Assembly: GCA_964016885.1 (NCBI GenBank)
Contig: OZ024747.1
Span: 62,806,001-62,870,000, forward strand
Origin: Eledone cirrhosa
Lineage: Eukaryota
Reading direction: 5' to 3'
DNA: 64,000 nucleotides
Below, one piece after another: positions 33,829 to 47,489 of this stretch. Positions within the stretch are counted from its first letter, which is position 1, and each line of letters opens with the position of its first letter. Made by a program: the position numbers and the translations under genes. The notes under the pieces were generated by a model. That model did no database searches and was not told the DNA's origin. It saw nothing but the letters and a program-made list of their open reading frames with translations.

Positions 33829-34045
33829 GGGCAGTGGATTGGCAGCATCGGTAGAGCAGCAGACTCCATGCTTTGCAGCATAGAGTTCTAGCCCTTTATG
33901 TTCTGATTTCAAATCCCACCAAAGTTAGCTTTGCCTTTCCTTCTTATGGAGTTGATAAAATAAAGCACCAGTAATGCACTGGGGTGGATTTAATCGACTT
34001 TCCCCTCCCCTTTAAATTACTGGCTTTGTGACTAAAGTAGAAACA
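33829..34045 (+). mobile_element. tRNA-derived SINE, family A
   Basis: gggcagtggattggcagcatcggtagag head, core, and aagtagaaaca end. Confidence 0.8.
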
Positions 34046-36047
34046 GTTTTGTTTCTGTTTTTATTACAAACTTTTTGTAATTCAATTAAAACTTATTGAA
34101 TACACACATCCTCTCTGTTAAAAATAGTAATTACATTAACTCAGTGATCTTTTAACAAATTATCTGTGAAGAAGAAATAAAACCAGTTTTGTCAGTGGAG
34201 AAAATTAGATCAGGTAGATGGTCATGCCTTATCTAAAATACATTACAATTGCAATACCTGGTTTTGAATTCAAGAATACTCGATTCCTAGCTTATGAGTT
34301 TAATATCTCCAGATAAATTCTTAATAGAAGAAACTATTGTTACCAATATATAATTTTCAAAATACTTTGAAAATTTACAATATCACATAAAGAAAGCAAA
34401 GAAAAAATTCTACACGCATGGCTTGATGATATATTCCAGTTGTACTCTGCAGACAAGATAGCAAAAGCATTGCGATGGAAAACAGCCAGAAGTACTCACT
34501 ACATCAGCCATTCCACCTGATTGTGGGTGTTCATTCTTTAATAATTTGATATTTGGAGAAATGGGGTCAAATCACAGCTTCCTATATTCTAATTATTTTT
34601 CATTTTAATATTAAAAGAACTTGAAGGTAGCAGAATTAGTAGAGTATCTTTTGGGGTTGATAAAATAAGTACTAGTCAAGTATTGGGGTTGGTTTAATAA
34701 AATTTGCTCTTTTCCCAAATTTGCAAGTTTTGTGCCTAAATTAGAAATATATAACCTTCACCAAATTGAGAGATCACAGTTCAAATACTACAGGCATGTA
34801 GTTAGAATGTCTAAGGAAAGAATTGCTGGACAGAGTTTATTGTCAAAATCAGCTGGCAAGAAATCCAGGGGTAGACAGTGAATAAGATAGTTAGATAACA
34901 TCCATGAGCTCAGCTGGTCTTGCTTGGGGATCCATCCGGATCATTTGAAGATGGGTGCTTCAGACAGAGCTCACGACCCTACTCGGTGAAGATGTAGAGA
35001 ATGTAAGAGTGTTTGATTGGCAGGAGTGGTAGAGCATCAGATGTGGTATTTGTTGTCCCTTTACATTATGAGTTCAAATCCTACCAAGATCAACTTTGCC
35101 TTTCATCCTCCTGGGCCCAATACTGTAAAGTATCAGTCAAATACTGAGGCTGATTTTATCAACTTTACACTTTCCTTCAATTTTCTGGCCTTGTGCTTGA
35201 ATTAAAAGTGAACATTAAGAGAATGTATTTCAACTTGAATTTATTGAAATTTTATCTTTCTTTCAAATAAAATGAACTTTTATCTTACAATATGTTTCGA
35301 TACTTATGTATCCTTTCACTACAGATTCATTGAATGGTAAGTTGAAAACTATATATCATGGCACATCACATGTTTTTAATGTAGAAACTAGAGAACAAAA
35401 TCACTCACCACATCAGGTACTACAAGAAGTAGAACATTCATCAAGAAGAATAAAGGCAGAAAGAATAAGAGAGAGGGACAGAAAGAGAGAGAAAAGGAGA
35501 GAGAGAGAGAGACAGAAATAGAGAGAAAAGGAGAGACGGACAGACAGACAGGAAATTATACATTACTGAGATAGCAGACTGAATTAATAAGATTCAGAGC
35601 AACACCAACAACAACAAAGATGACATATCTGAGGTATATTATTGTTCAATGAGACAAAAGATCAACTAAGAGCTCAAGCAAAGTAGGTTTTATCTATCTG
35701 AGAACATAGTCAGCTGTCTGGCTTCATAGATGAATATATAACTAAAGGGTTCAATATATATTGATACATAGATAATGTAATTATTAGAATTTAAGTTAAT
35801 TAGGGAAAGACTGCATCATCAATAGTCAGTTTTGTATAAAGAAGATGAAAGAAGTACAAAATAACTACTTTTTATATATTTCTTCCTTGGCTCATTCTTT
35901 TTGATTGAGTTTAGACAAAGGACAGAGTGTAAAAATGTAACATTGGCTTACAGGAATAAAAGATACATATGGGTGAGATAGTATGTATAATAGAGAGTTG
36001 CTGACTATGCAAATACATGTGTGTATCTGTGTGAGTGTGTGTATGTG

Positions 36048-36087
<40 letters not shown>

Positions 36088-36161
36088 TTGATGGTAGCTA
36101 TGATGCTTCCATAGGCAGTATGCCAGTTGAGTACTCTATGTTCTTACAGAGCAGAGTGTGA

Positions 36162-36560
36162 TATAATATAAAACGAAAAATCAGTGATGCATCTGGACTC
36201 GATTTATTGTGTGTTACAATTGCTTCGCCGGCGGACAGCTTGAGACGCAATCATTGTGTGGATCTGTCTGATTCTGGACCCGCAGGTTTGTCGGACACTG
36301 GCAATAATTTCGGATCAAATATTCTCACTGGGGTGTTAGCTTCCAAAAAACATCTTCCTCGCTTGTCCTGCTGTTGGCTGTTGTTTTTCTATGTTATCAT
36401 AAATGCTGGCAAATAGTTACTGCCACACTGTCCATCAGCTACACTCCGTCTGACACACCTCAATGAGTTCATACTGGGTTTGGTATTTCACAAGTCCATT
36501 CACACACACATGTATGGACGCATATGTTGTTAGTTATGTTTGTGTGTGTGTGTGTATGTG

Positions 36561-36598
<38 letters not shown>

Positions 36599-37003
36599 CA
36601 TGTGTATATATATATATATATTTATGTGTATATATATATGTATATATATGTGTGTGTGCACATATGTATGTATGTGTGTATGTGTATGTATATGTGTGTG
36701 TGAATGGACTTGTGAAATACCAAACCCACCATGAATTAAGTCCGGCAGCAACTATTTGCCAGCATTTATGATGACGTAGAAAAACAACAGCCAACAGCAG
36801 GACAAGCGAGGAAGATGTTTTTTGGAAGCTAACACCCCAATGAGAATATTTGATCTGAAATTATTTCCAGTGTCCGACGAACCTGCAGATCTAGAATCAG
36901 ACAGATCCATACAATGATCGTGTCTCAAGCTGTCTGCCGGCGAAACAATTGTAACAATAAATCGAGTCCAGATGCATCACTGATTTTTCGTTTTATATTA
37001 TAT
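36162..37003. mobile_element. Fold-back element with diverged arms of about 300-340 bp around a microsatellite spacer, carrying a degenerate hammerhead
   Basis: About 36162-36510 is inverted at about 36696-37003; TGT-CCGACGA..GAAA-CAATTG-TA-ACA at 36871-36956. Confidence 0.7.
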
Positions 37004-37198
37004 ATATATATATTATATATATATATATTAAATAATATCAATTTGAAATAATGATACGATGACTGGGGTTTATATCTAAAATAGAAATATTATTCTTTAC
37101 ATCTAAATGTATTGAGTTCTGTACAAGATGACTTCTCTTGCTAGTCTTTGAATTTAAATATTTACATATATATATACATGTACAGACATATACACTTA

Positions 37199-37248
<50 letters not shown>

Positions 37249-37352
37249 TGTATATAATGTAAAATGAAATTGGAAGGCCTATATACATGTGTGTGTGTAT
37301 GTATATATATGTGGGTATCAGTGACCTATATACACTGGCCACATACACACTC

Positions 37353-37395
<43 letters not shown>

Positions 37396-37834
37396 CATCC
37401 TGTCCTAACACAAGTTATATGATTCATGTGACTTAATATTCTGTCACCAAATTGGAGCTAGATACAGTCATACTGTATTCAATTCGTTGAAGTCACTTGT
37501 TATAATTTCATTCAACAACACCACTAGCTCTCTCTCTTTTCCATTTTCCTTCTATCTCTCTATGTCTCTCTTTCAATCTACTCTCTCAAAACCACTGTCT
37601 CTTTCTCTTTATTTATGAAGGTACCCGGAAAAACCCGTATCTCGGGAACACATGCTCCTATTTATGCGAAACTTGTTTTATTCTATTTGTATTCCAATTT
37701 CAGGGGCAACTTCCTTTCAATGTATTTTAGCATCCATTATGTGCCGTGTTGGCTGTATTAAATTATAGACAAGACACAATCACAGAGTTTTAGTTGTATA
37801 TAGATAGATACATATGTGGGTGAGTATGTATATA

Positions 37835-38163
37835 TCATCATCATCATTTTACGTCCACTTTTCCCTGCTTGCAAGGGTGGGACGAGAATTGATTCTGGCT
37901 TGATTTCTACAGCTGGATGCCCTTCCTAACACCAACCTCATTTACAGTGAGTGCTGGGTGCTTTTTTGGTGTGGCACCTCCACGACCACTTTGCAGTGGA
38001 ATGATAGGGACCCCAGTCCCTATCATTTCTACAGCTGAGTAAACTGGAGCAATGTGAAATAAAGTGTCTTGCTCAAGGAAACAACACATCACCCAGTCTG
38101 AGGATTGAACTCACAACCTTTCGATTGCAAGGCCAATGCTCTAATCACTAAGCCATGTGCCTC
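37835..38163 (-). mobile_element. tRNA-derived SINE (family B head, family C-type tail)
   Basis: Close reverse-complement match to 62246-62580. Confidence 0.85.
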
Positions 38164-38268
38164 CATATATATATATATGTATATATATATTATTACAATA
38201 CCTACACCCTACTTTCTTAGGTATCAAGTACTACATTGAACAATAACTAAACTTCCAATTTATATATA

Positions 38269-38581
38269 CAGTGGAACCTCAGTTCGTGTACTTAATTCAT
38301 TCTGAAGGCCATTTGTCACCCAAAATGTTTGTGAACCAAAACTATTTTTCCCATATGAAATGTTGAGAGAAAGTAATACAGTGAGAGAGACTGTGTGTGA
38401 AAGACAGATAAGTATCACCATATTAACTAACTACACAGTGACACTTTCCCACCAACACTCCTAGCTTGTTGCCAACTTGCATGTTCATTACTCATCACCT
38501 GAGACATTTTACGTTTGGAAAAAGTTGTTTGTGAACTGAATTATTTGTGATGAGAAGCATTCATGAACTGAGGTTCAACTG
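38269..38581. mobile_element. pogo/Tigger-like MITE
   Basis: TA|cagtggaacctcagttc ... gaactgaggttcaactg|TA. Confidence 0.8.
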
Positions 38582-40994
38582 TATTTAATTCTACCAATGA
38601 GATAATAATTAACCCAATGTTATATTTGATAACACTTGCCCAGGGTTCCATTTTGTGGGATCTTACACCAAACTACAGTGAACATCTTAACTATACAGCA
38701 AAACCTGACAAGTCTAGTCAATTATTTTGGATGGAAATTTCCTCATCTCTAAACTGTATAGAATGTAGATTTTCTCATGTAGATGGAGACCAAACCTGTT
38801 CTTTTCTATATCGGATTATTTATATAAGAAATGGATGTTGTAACTTAAGTGAATTGCAAATACAAGTATTAAAGTAATGTATATTTTGTCATTAACTCAT
38901 TTAACTTATATATTTCTTTCCATTCTTCACAGATACAGTCGCTCAAGCCCTTCTCTGGGTCAGGTTATATTTATTCTTCACTTCAAGCATGTCAGTCTAT
39001 TATTTCAGTTACTGTGAGCTGCTGTCTACTTTATGCTTTTTTTAAAATATTTCTCCTGTTCCTTATCCTTCTATTCATATCTATCTATCTGATACATCTC
39101 AGTTGTTTGAGGTAAATATAATCTAGTTATAACTAGAAGACCTGCTGAGAAAAGGATGTAACTCTAAATTCACTTTCAACCATTCCATTTGTACACAGAA
39201 AACCAATGAGATTATAATTACATGTTTCAAAGATAATTGTTTTCTTGTCAGGATTCTACCTACAGAGGGTTTTCTTGTTATGATTCTGCCTATAGTATCT
39301 CTATAGGTGACAAATAAAGTATGAAACATAATTGAAATGATCAGTTAAATTTGCATGAGGTGTATTTGTATGGTGACGAAAAATAATTAAAGATAAATAT
39401 TTATGCAGAACAGTGTATATTAGAAGATTTGAGATAAGTAATATTGATATTAAGTTCACATTAAATCTTTGAATATACATGCAATGTAGATGTAGCTAGT
39501 TTTAATAAGAAGCCTCTCTGTGAAAACAAAAAGGAAGTGTAAACATGCTTTTCCACTATCCCATTTATACACAGAAAACAAACAGAGATTACCTTTGTGT
39601 TTTTTTCACTTGTTAGATAGGGAAATAAAGATACACCTCCTTAGCAAAATTATGTTGAAGGCAGTTTAAACTTAAAGGAAAGTGATAAAGCTTGTAGCGG
39701 AGTTGCGTCCCTTTGTGACGGTTGCAACTCCCAGTGGCAGATCCATGTACTAAATGAAGTTGCGTCCCCCTGGGGACTATATATTTGAGAACATCAAGGC
39801 ATTAAATCTCTCATTTCCTACGCTGCAGAAAGAAGAACACTTCAGACCTTGTCAAGAGATGACTCCTGTTTCTCTCTCTCTTTCTCTACACGCTCCAGTC
39901 TGGGAGTTGTGACCAACTGACCATCAACATGTGGTAAAAATTATTTCTATTAATTTATTTGACTTCTGTGAAGTAAAACCATGTCACAACACTCACCTGC
40001 ATTTATTGTCATTCTTAATAATATATATACACTGATACCAACATTCTAAAAGCTATTCACAGGGAAATAAAACATGTTGAAAGTGGAGAACAGAAAACTA
40101 TGAGAATACATCTCTCTGTATTATTGCACTGAAATTTTTACAAATTCGAACTTAGTTCCAATACTGGAAACTGGGCAATGTGTTCCATTCTTAAACTATT
40201 CAAAGATTATACAGAAAGTAATTATTGAAGGGAAATGATAAAGCTATCATATGGCTGTCAGATATATCTATTGTCAGATACATCTAAGTCAAATATTTTA
40301 TGTATATAATAGACCATATGTAGAATGTTTAACATGATACTTATACTAAATATAATTCATTACAAAACATTTCGTTGGCAAAACCTTGAGGGGGGAAAAA
40401 CTTTTCAAACAGAATATGAAATAACTGTATATTCTATATGGATGTGGTAGGAGTGTATTGGGCGTCTGTGTGTCTATGCATGTTTATCCATAAATATATA
40501 TTATCATTAATCTCTCTCTCTATCTCCCACACCCTCTCTTTTTCACATGTTTCTATATACATACTCATGTTTGTATATTCATACACACACTCATACACAA
40601 ATACATACATAGATAGATATAAATATATTGGCATAAAAAAGTTTTCACCAGTTGGTTTCGACAATGAATATTCTAATCATATATTGAGTACATTCACCAA
40701 CTTTCCACACAGTTTCCATCTAATGGATTTCTCTTTGAAACTATGGTAGAACAGATTTGTTGAATATGTCGCACACTAAGATTTCCCTTGAAACCTCATA
40801 ACTTTGAATCAAACTCTTTAAACACAGGTCCATGCCTCTTCAGGTAAACTTACTCTCCACAGATTCATGCAATGCTAGAAATAGATCCAAAACAGATGTG
40901 AAATATAGGCCACCCCGCTGTTCATTAATTGTTTGTGTAATGTGTGCTAAATACATATGATTTATGTATGGATTATAGGTATGTATATATGTGA

Positions 40995-41323
40995 AGGTGC
41001 ATGGTTTAGTGGTTACAGCATCAGGCTTACAATCGTGAGGTTGTGAGTTCAATTCTCAGACTGGGTTTTGCGTTGTTCTTGAGCAAGCCACTATTTCATG
41101 TTGCTCCAGTTTACAAAGCTGTAGAAATGAGTTGTGATGTCACTAATGTCAAGCTGTATCAGCCATTGCCTTTCCCTTGGACAACATTTTTGGTATGGAG
41201 AGAGGAGACTGGTATGTATAGGCGATTGCTGGTATTCCACAAACAACCTTGCCCAGACTTGTGCCTTGGAGGGGAACTTTCTAGGTATAAAAACCATGGT
41301 CATTCATGACCGAAAGGGGTCTT
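40995..41323 (+). mobile_element. tRNA-derived SINE, family B
   Basis: A box tggtttagtgg, B box gagttcaattc, core ttgagcaagccactatttcatgttgctccagt, 3' end catgaccgaaaggggtctt. Confidence 0.85.
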
Positions 41324-42217
41324 GGCGATATCCAATTTTAGCGGCCTAAATGCCGCTTACGTGCTGTAGTTGCTGCTTACTTCAATGTATGAGGCTATTC
41401 CAACAAATTTACATTCCCAGAACGAGGAAACTGTGGGGATATGTTGCCGGCCAACAAATGGTTTGTACAGGTAAGAGAAGAAGGGAGCACCCCCCTCTCT
41501 CTGTGCTCCCTGGCAGAAAGGTCGCACACTTTCTACGGGGGTGTGTGTGACCCCAAAAGGCTAATAAATCGCAAAAAAAAACAAACAAACAAAAACGTGG
41601 CAAATAAAGAAAGGCGATATCCAATTTTAGCGGCCTAAATGCTGCTTACTTGCTGTAGTTGCTGCTTACTTCATTTATAGATTTATTTATTTTTTTTTTT
41701 TTTTGCGATTTATTTGCCACTGGGGCATAGATTTCTTTATTTGCCCCTTTTTTGTTTGTTTGTTTTTTGGCGATTTATTAGCCTTTTGAGGTCACACACA
41801 CTCCCCGTAGAAAGTGTGCGACCTTTCTGCCAGGGAGTACAGTGAGAGGGGGGTTCTCCCTTCTTCTCTTACCTGTACAAGCCGATATAGAGAGATGGCC
41901 CACTTACACGGGCCATTATTGCTACTTTCACCCGAAAAAGGCACTCAGTCCCAGCCAATTCCATGAAAGATGGGTGAAAGTAGCAATAATGGCCCGTGTA
42001 AGTGGGCCATCTCTCTATATCGGCTTGTACAGGTAAGAGAAGAAGGGAGCACCCCCACCTCTCTGTGCTCCCTGGCAGAAAGGTCACACACTTTCTACGG
42101 GGGGGGGGGGGCGTGTGTGACCCCAAAAGGCTAATAAATCGCAAAAAAACAAACAAACAAAAAAGGGGCAAATAAAGAAATCTATGCCCCAGTGGCAAAT
42201 AAATCGCAAAAAAAAAA
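41324..42217. mobile_element. Composite of two partial GG-ended MITE copies and a palindromic Tx1 3'-end fragment
   Basis: TIR sequence ggcgatatccaattttagcggcc at 41324 and 41613; inverted arms at about 41690-41933 / 41972-42217; encodes ERWVKVAIMARVSGPSL. Confidence 0.8.
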
Positions 42218-42218
42218 T

Positions 42219-42343
42219 TTATCGACCCCCGTAAGGATGAAAGGAAAAGTCAACCTCGGCGGGATTTGAACTCAGATTGTAAAGGGACGTAACTATGCTG
42301 GAAAGCATGGCATCCGACCCTCTACCGATACTGCCAATCCACG
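42219..42343 (-). mobile_element. Family A SINE, 5' half
   Basis: ttatcgacccccgtaaggatgaaagg..gatttgaactcag..ccgatactgccaatccac. Confidence 0.8.
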
Positions 42344-44159
42344 AGTAATAACATAATATATATATATGGGAAGATGTTCATAACCACTCATTCAATTCTT
42401 GTTTGCAAGAGGGGGTACTATGAATGTAAGTATGTATGAGAGAGAAAGAAAATACATGCATTTATTTATCGACTATAAATGTATGGTATGGTCCCGTAGC
42501 TTCTGATAGAGTCGCAAGGGCGCCATAGTGGCATGGGGCATTTCTTGGGCATTTTAACCCTAGTACTAAACCGATACTTTTTATATCTACCTCGAAAGGA
42601 CTTGAACTCAGAGAGTAGAGTAAGAGAGCCAGAACGAATACTACAACTCATTCTATCTGACATTCTAGAAAATCAGAGCAAATACTGTCTAGTACTCTGC
42701 CTGTCTATCTAATGACTTCCAGTTTGCTGATGTGAAAAGAAACCATTACAAATAAAAAAAAAATTGTAAACATCTGAATAATATATGAGAATCGTATTTA
42801 AAATGAATCTAGATACCATTTCTATTTAGCAATTCAATTTTGTCCAACTCTGAAAACTGAGATCACTTGTAAAAACATTTATTTATATTTCATAGGAAAA
42901 CATACAAACAAGCTCCAAACTCTCCTTCCTGTCTGTCTGTCTCAAGCTGTACTTTTAGTCAATATGCAATTACAAAAATCTATTTTAATATTTCTATGTG
43001 GGTTTCAATCAACGTGTAAACACCATGTTCTATTTTAGAAATTCTCTAATAGTTTCAATCAATATCAAAGACTAGATGTCTATTTTAATCCTCTTGTAAC
43101 AGTTTTCAATTGTAAATGCTGATATCTTTCAGTGAACGCAAGTCAAGTGTTTGTCATTGCCACTTTGTCTATCATCTGTTTACACACACTCAAACTTGCT
43201 TTAAAAATATATAATATAAAATAAATTGCTTTATGAGATTTATTCGTTATTGACGTTTTTATTTGTATTTTTTCTGTATACTACATTTTCGTCTGTGTAT
43301 GCCAAATAAATGTTGATAGAAAGTTTATTTTAACGATTTGATAAATTTAGAAAGTACCAGAATATTATTATCATATCTTTCTCGGTAGTAGTTATGGTAT
43401 TCTTTACAAAAAATAAAAGGATTAGAAATAAGAAACCTCTCGTGAATTTCCAATGCTATTTTCATAATTTTGAATGATCTGAAATTATTATCAGATCTAC
43501 ACAAATTATAGTTAGCTAAAATTTGTGACAGCCTTCACCGAATGTAATTAAATAACGGAAGAAACAGTTGAACCATTCAAAGAACACACAAATATTAACT
43601 TCACTTTATATTTATTTCTTAGTGTTTTAATTCCGCTGTATTGTTTGTGACCAGGCCAGTGACAGTTCATCTGCAATGCCAAAAATTAAACACCAAAATA
43701 TGAATTACAAATGTAAAGAGAATTTAACAGACTCGTGTGTGTGTGTGTGTGTGTTTAATGGCTAAAATTACTCTTCATGGTGATTGTTTTAGTCTTACTC
43801 TCTGGTCTCGAACAATGCCATCACCCTCAGCTCTTTTCTACCCGCTTATTAAATTTTGATAATCTATATGCGGTGAAATTTTACACATAAGTGGTAGCAT
43901 TCCCGCGAAAATTAATTTTCTTTATATATAAAAAAAACAAACATTATCCATAACAAAAAAAAAGTATATTACTAGAAGTCCCATACATTATAAAATAAAT
44001 AGGATGGGTCCACAATATTTAAACTAAACAACTAATTGTTTTTTGTTTTTTAAATCAACGGAGACAACCTACAAAATTACCGATTTCCACACGCCGCTTA
44101 TTCCTCCAAAGAGTAGGTCAAGTCAATTGCCAAACAAATACAATTTTGACACAGCATTT

Positions 44160-44623
44160 GGCGATATCCAATTTTAGCGGCCTAAATGCCGCTTACTTGC
44201 TGTAGTTGCTGCTTACTTCAATGTATGAGGCTATTCCAACAAATTTACATTCCCTTTTTTTTAGCCGTTAAAAGAAATATAGATTTATTTATTGTTTTTT
44301 TTTTTTGCGATTTATTTGCCACTGGGGCATAGATTTCTTTATTTGCCACGTTTTTGTTTGTTTGTTTGTTTTGCGATTTATTAGCCTTTTGGGGTCACAC
44401 ACACCCCCGTAGAAAGTGTGCGACCTTTCTGCCAGGGAGCACAGAGAGAGAGGGGGGTTCTCCCTTCTTCTCTTACCTGTACAAACCATTTGTTGGCCGG
44501 CGACATATCCCCACAGTTTCCTCGTTCTGGGAATGTAAATTTGTTGGAATAGCCTCATACATTGAAGTAAGCAGCAACTACAGCACGTAAGCGGCATTTA
44601 GGCCGCTAAAATTGGATATCGCC
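44160..44623. mobile_element. Complete MITE with TIRs of about 95 bp and an 8-bp TSD (Merlin-like termini)
   Basis: cagcattt|GGCGATATCC...GGATATCGCC|cagcattt. GG termini with an 8-bp TSD fit Merlin; hAT is less likely. Confidence 0.85.
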
Positions 44624-46672
44624 CAGCATTTTGTTCCAACTACCCGCTGACGGCTCGACATACTGAGGTGTGTCAGGTGATGTTTGTGAAGGTGCTTGGT
44701 TGTTTCAACGCCATTACACGTGGTAATGCTGCCAGGCTTGCCTCAAAGTCTTCCATTTACCCACTGTCGCACATGTTTGTCAACTCATGGTCGTTTTTGC
44801 TTCCTCTGTCTTTTTTTTCTTTTATACGGTTATATTTGAAATGTCATTCTGAAAGTTGTATATAATGTTATTTATACAACTGTGAATAAAATACATAAGA
44901 TAATACAACCAGCGATATTTTTGCCATGACAGTTTCGTTTCAGTTTCCTTCTCTATCTTTCCGTCTTTATCCCATAATTCTCTTTCCGGTATCTCTTAAC
45001 TTTTATTTTGTCATTCTTCCAATCTAATGACATTTGTGATGAATTTTTCTGTTTCCCTCGAATGTACTTTGATTTCTGATAATGTAAATTATCGTTATGT
45101 TTATTCATTGTTTTTATTAATGTTTATAAACTCATTTTATCTCTCGCCCGCTTTCGAATAATCTTTCTAGGCTTCTTTAATATGAACAACAGGAATTCGC
45201 TCAGCTGTTTATAAACCGATATTATTTCTCATTTTTTCAATTAGAAACTCTGTAGCTTAAATAATTTAGATAACAGAAGAGCTAGAGGTGGAAGTATGTT
45301 TCTTAATTTACTGTAAGAACGTAGTTTCTCTCCATTTGCTATTATAGAGTAGAGAAGTCTCTTTAGTCAAGTCTGACTAACAACCTTCTTCATGCCAGTG
45401 TCAAGATACAATATACCCAGTACACTCTGTAAAATGGTTGTTGTTAGGAAAGGCTTCCAGTCGAAGAAATCACACCAAAAAGGGTTGAGAGGACACTTCA
45501 GTTACATGACAACCTTTCTGGAGTTTGTGGACAGAGGCCCTTATACATAAAAGGTTAGAATACACAGCAACTGCCAATTTTACATACCAAAGCCAGCTTG
45601 GCGCAAGTACCTGTGATTGAAAAGTTATACATACAGCTATTAAATAAAAAAATTCTAACCATCCTAAAATTAAAAGACCCTTTAGAGGGCTCAAATAATT
45701 TGCTATGGCCGTCACTGGTGGAGCCCCCCACGGCAAGAGGCACGGGGCAGTTGCCCCTTTGCCCCCCCCCCCCCCCGCGCCATTAAATCCAGCTTTGACA
45801 ACATAGCATGTAGAAGAAAGGAACGTAAGTGAGAGGCACCCTCTCGCTCATCTGAGGGTTCAGTCATCAATCTGAGTAACTACTCACCTGTTCTATGACG
45901 ACCTATCTAACCCTTTCTATTGATGAATGTTTAGAAGAAGAATAATAACTGCTACAAAAACAATATTACCATCATGAAAAGTTTTAATAAGACTATCGTT
46001 AACATAATTTAATGTGTTTTTAAGTGTCTCTTTGTTTTTAGATTCTCCATTTCAATTCTATTTCCAGAATTATGCTGTCTAATTTCTGTGTAATTGAGAA
46101 ATTAATATATCTCCAGCGAACATCAATACTAATGTTTGATGACACCTAGCTATAAACATGAATGGCTGGAGAAGATATTGTTTCTACCAAGTAATCCATT
46201 GTGACAGTTATAGAAAAAAAAATTAAATGGTTTTTCCTTGGTGTTAATGATGAGCATTCTATTTGTTCAATCAAATGAACTACCTCCTACTGGGTACCCA
46301 TAAAAACTCCCTAATCGTGTTCCTTTATGACGGAATATGTTTCGTCTCCCTTTATATATATATATAATCATCATCATCATCATTTAACGTCTATCTTCCA
46401 CGCTAGCGTGGGTTAGACGGGAATAGTTCCACTTGAGGCAAGATTGATCGGGTGACCGTGTCTCGCTCGTCTAGAACTATCTGGCAGGTTTTCTACGGCT
46501 GGATGCCCTTCCTAACACCAACCACATTTACAGTGTGGACTGGGAGCCTTTTTACCTTGTTTCCTACACGGCCACATTACAGCGTAGACTGTTTTTTTGT
46601 CGTGACACCTACACGACCTCTTTAGTTTGGACTGGATGTTGTGGTACCAAAATAACTTTACAGAGAAAGGGT

Positions 46673-46712
<40 letters not shown>

Positions 46713-46796
46713 TCCCGGGTTCAATCAGGACTAACCACAGTGAATAGGGTACTCAATTTATTAGAAGAGTGTAAACATCACGTTTAATATTAAAAT

Positions 46797-46895
46797 GGCT
46801 TCTATAAGACTAGAACTGTTTCATTCAAAAGAAATAATCAGGGCTTTCCTGATGATTCTTTTTGGAATGAAACAGTTCTAGTCCTGTAGAAACCA
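46797..46895. ncRNA. Short inverted pair of hammerhead-like motifs
   Basis: TTTC-CTGATGA-TTC..GAAT-GAAA-CAG..CTG-TA-GAAA at 46845-46892 with an inverted copy at 46797-46843; same family as 25165-25215. Confidence 0.55.
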
Positions 46896-47013
46896 TTTAT
46901 CATAATTTTTGGCATTAATAATATACTGGTTGGGTGCCCTTCCCATCACCAGCACCACTTTACAGCATGCTTTTATTCATTTCACCAGCACCATTTATAT
47001 ATATATATATATA

Positions 47014-47489
47014 TCTTAACTATAATAAAAGGACGAGCACGGGACTGCGTCCAGAATATATTTTTTTATCCCGTTTGTAAAATAAGTTAGATTACTTAGA
47101 ATAAACAATGAATGAATATTATATAATTTATGCACTAAATTTCGTAACTCTTGATTAAATATAAATAATTTTATTGCTTATTTTAAGATTCACTTCTTTA
47201 AAATTTTCAAATGGTTAGCGATCGCTTATATAAACATTCATATATTTCCATCTCTTATTTTCTCCTAATGCAGTTTATATATAATATCGTCTTTTTTTAA
47301 TGTATCATGGATTACTTTACTGATTACAGAAGAGAGTATAACGCAGACTTCATTCAATTTCTGTGCATATTGTCAATTACGATTTCATTTTATGTATCAT
47401 ATCTATATGTATATATATTTGCATATAATATCAATATGCATACTACACATTCTAGCAGAAAACCACCTGAAGGGTGGGTTTTCTGCTAG
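47014..47489 (+). mobile_element. Non-autonomous Helitron
   Basis: A|TCTTAACTATAATAAAA start; terminal hairpin gaaaaccacc-tgaa-gggtgggttttc then CTAG|T; (TA)n on both sides. Confidence 0.7.

Noticed and set aside
39693-39991. Possible solo LTR (TGTAG...ACAACA)
   Set aside because: No matching target-site duplication and no second copy in the window.
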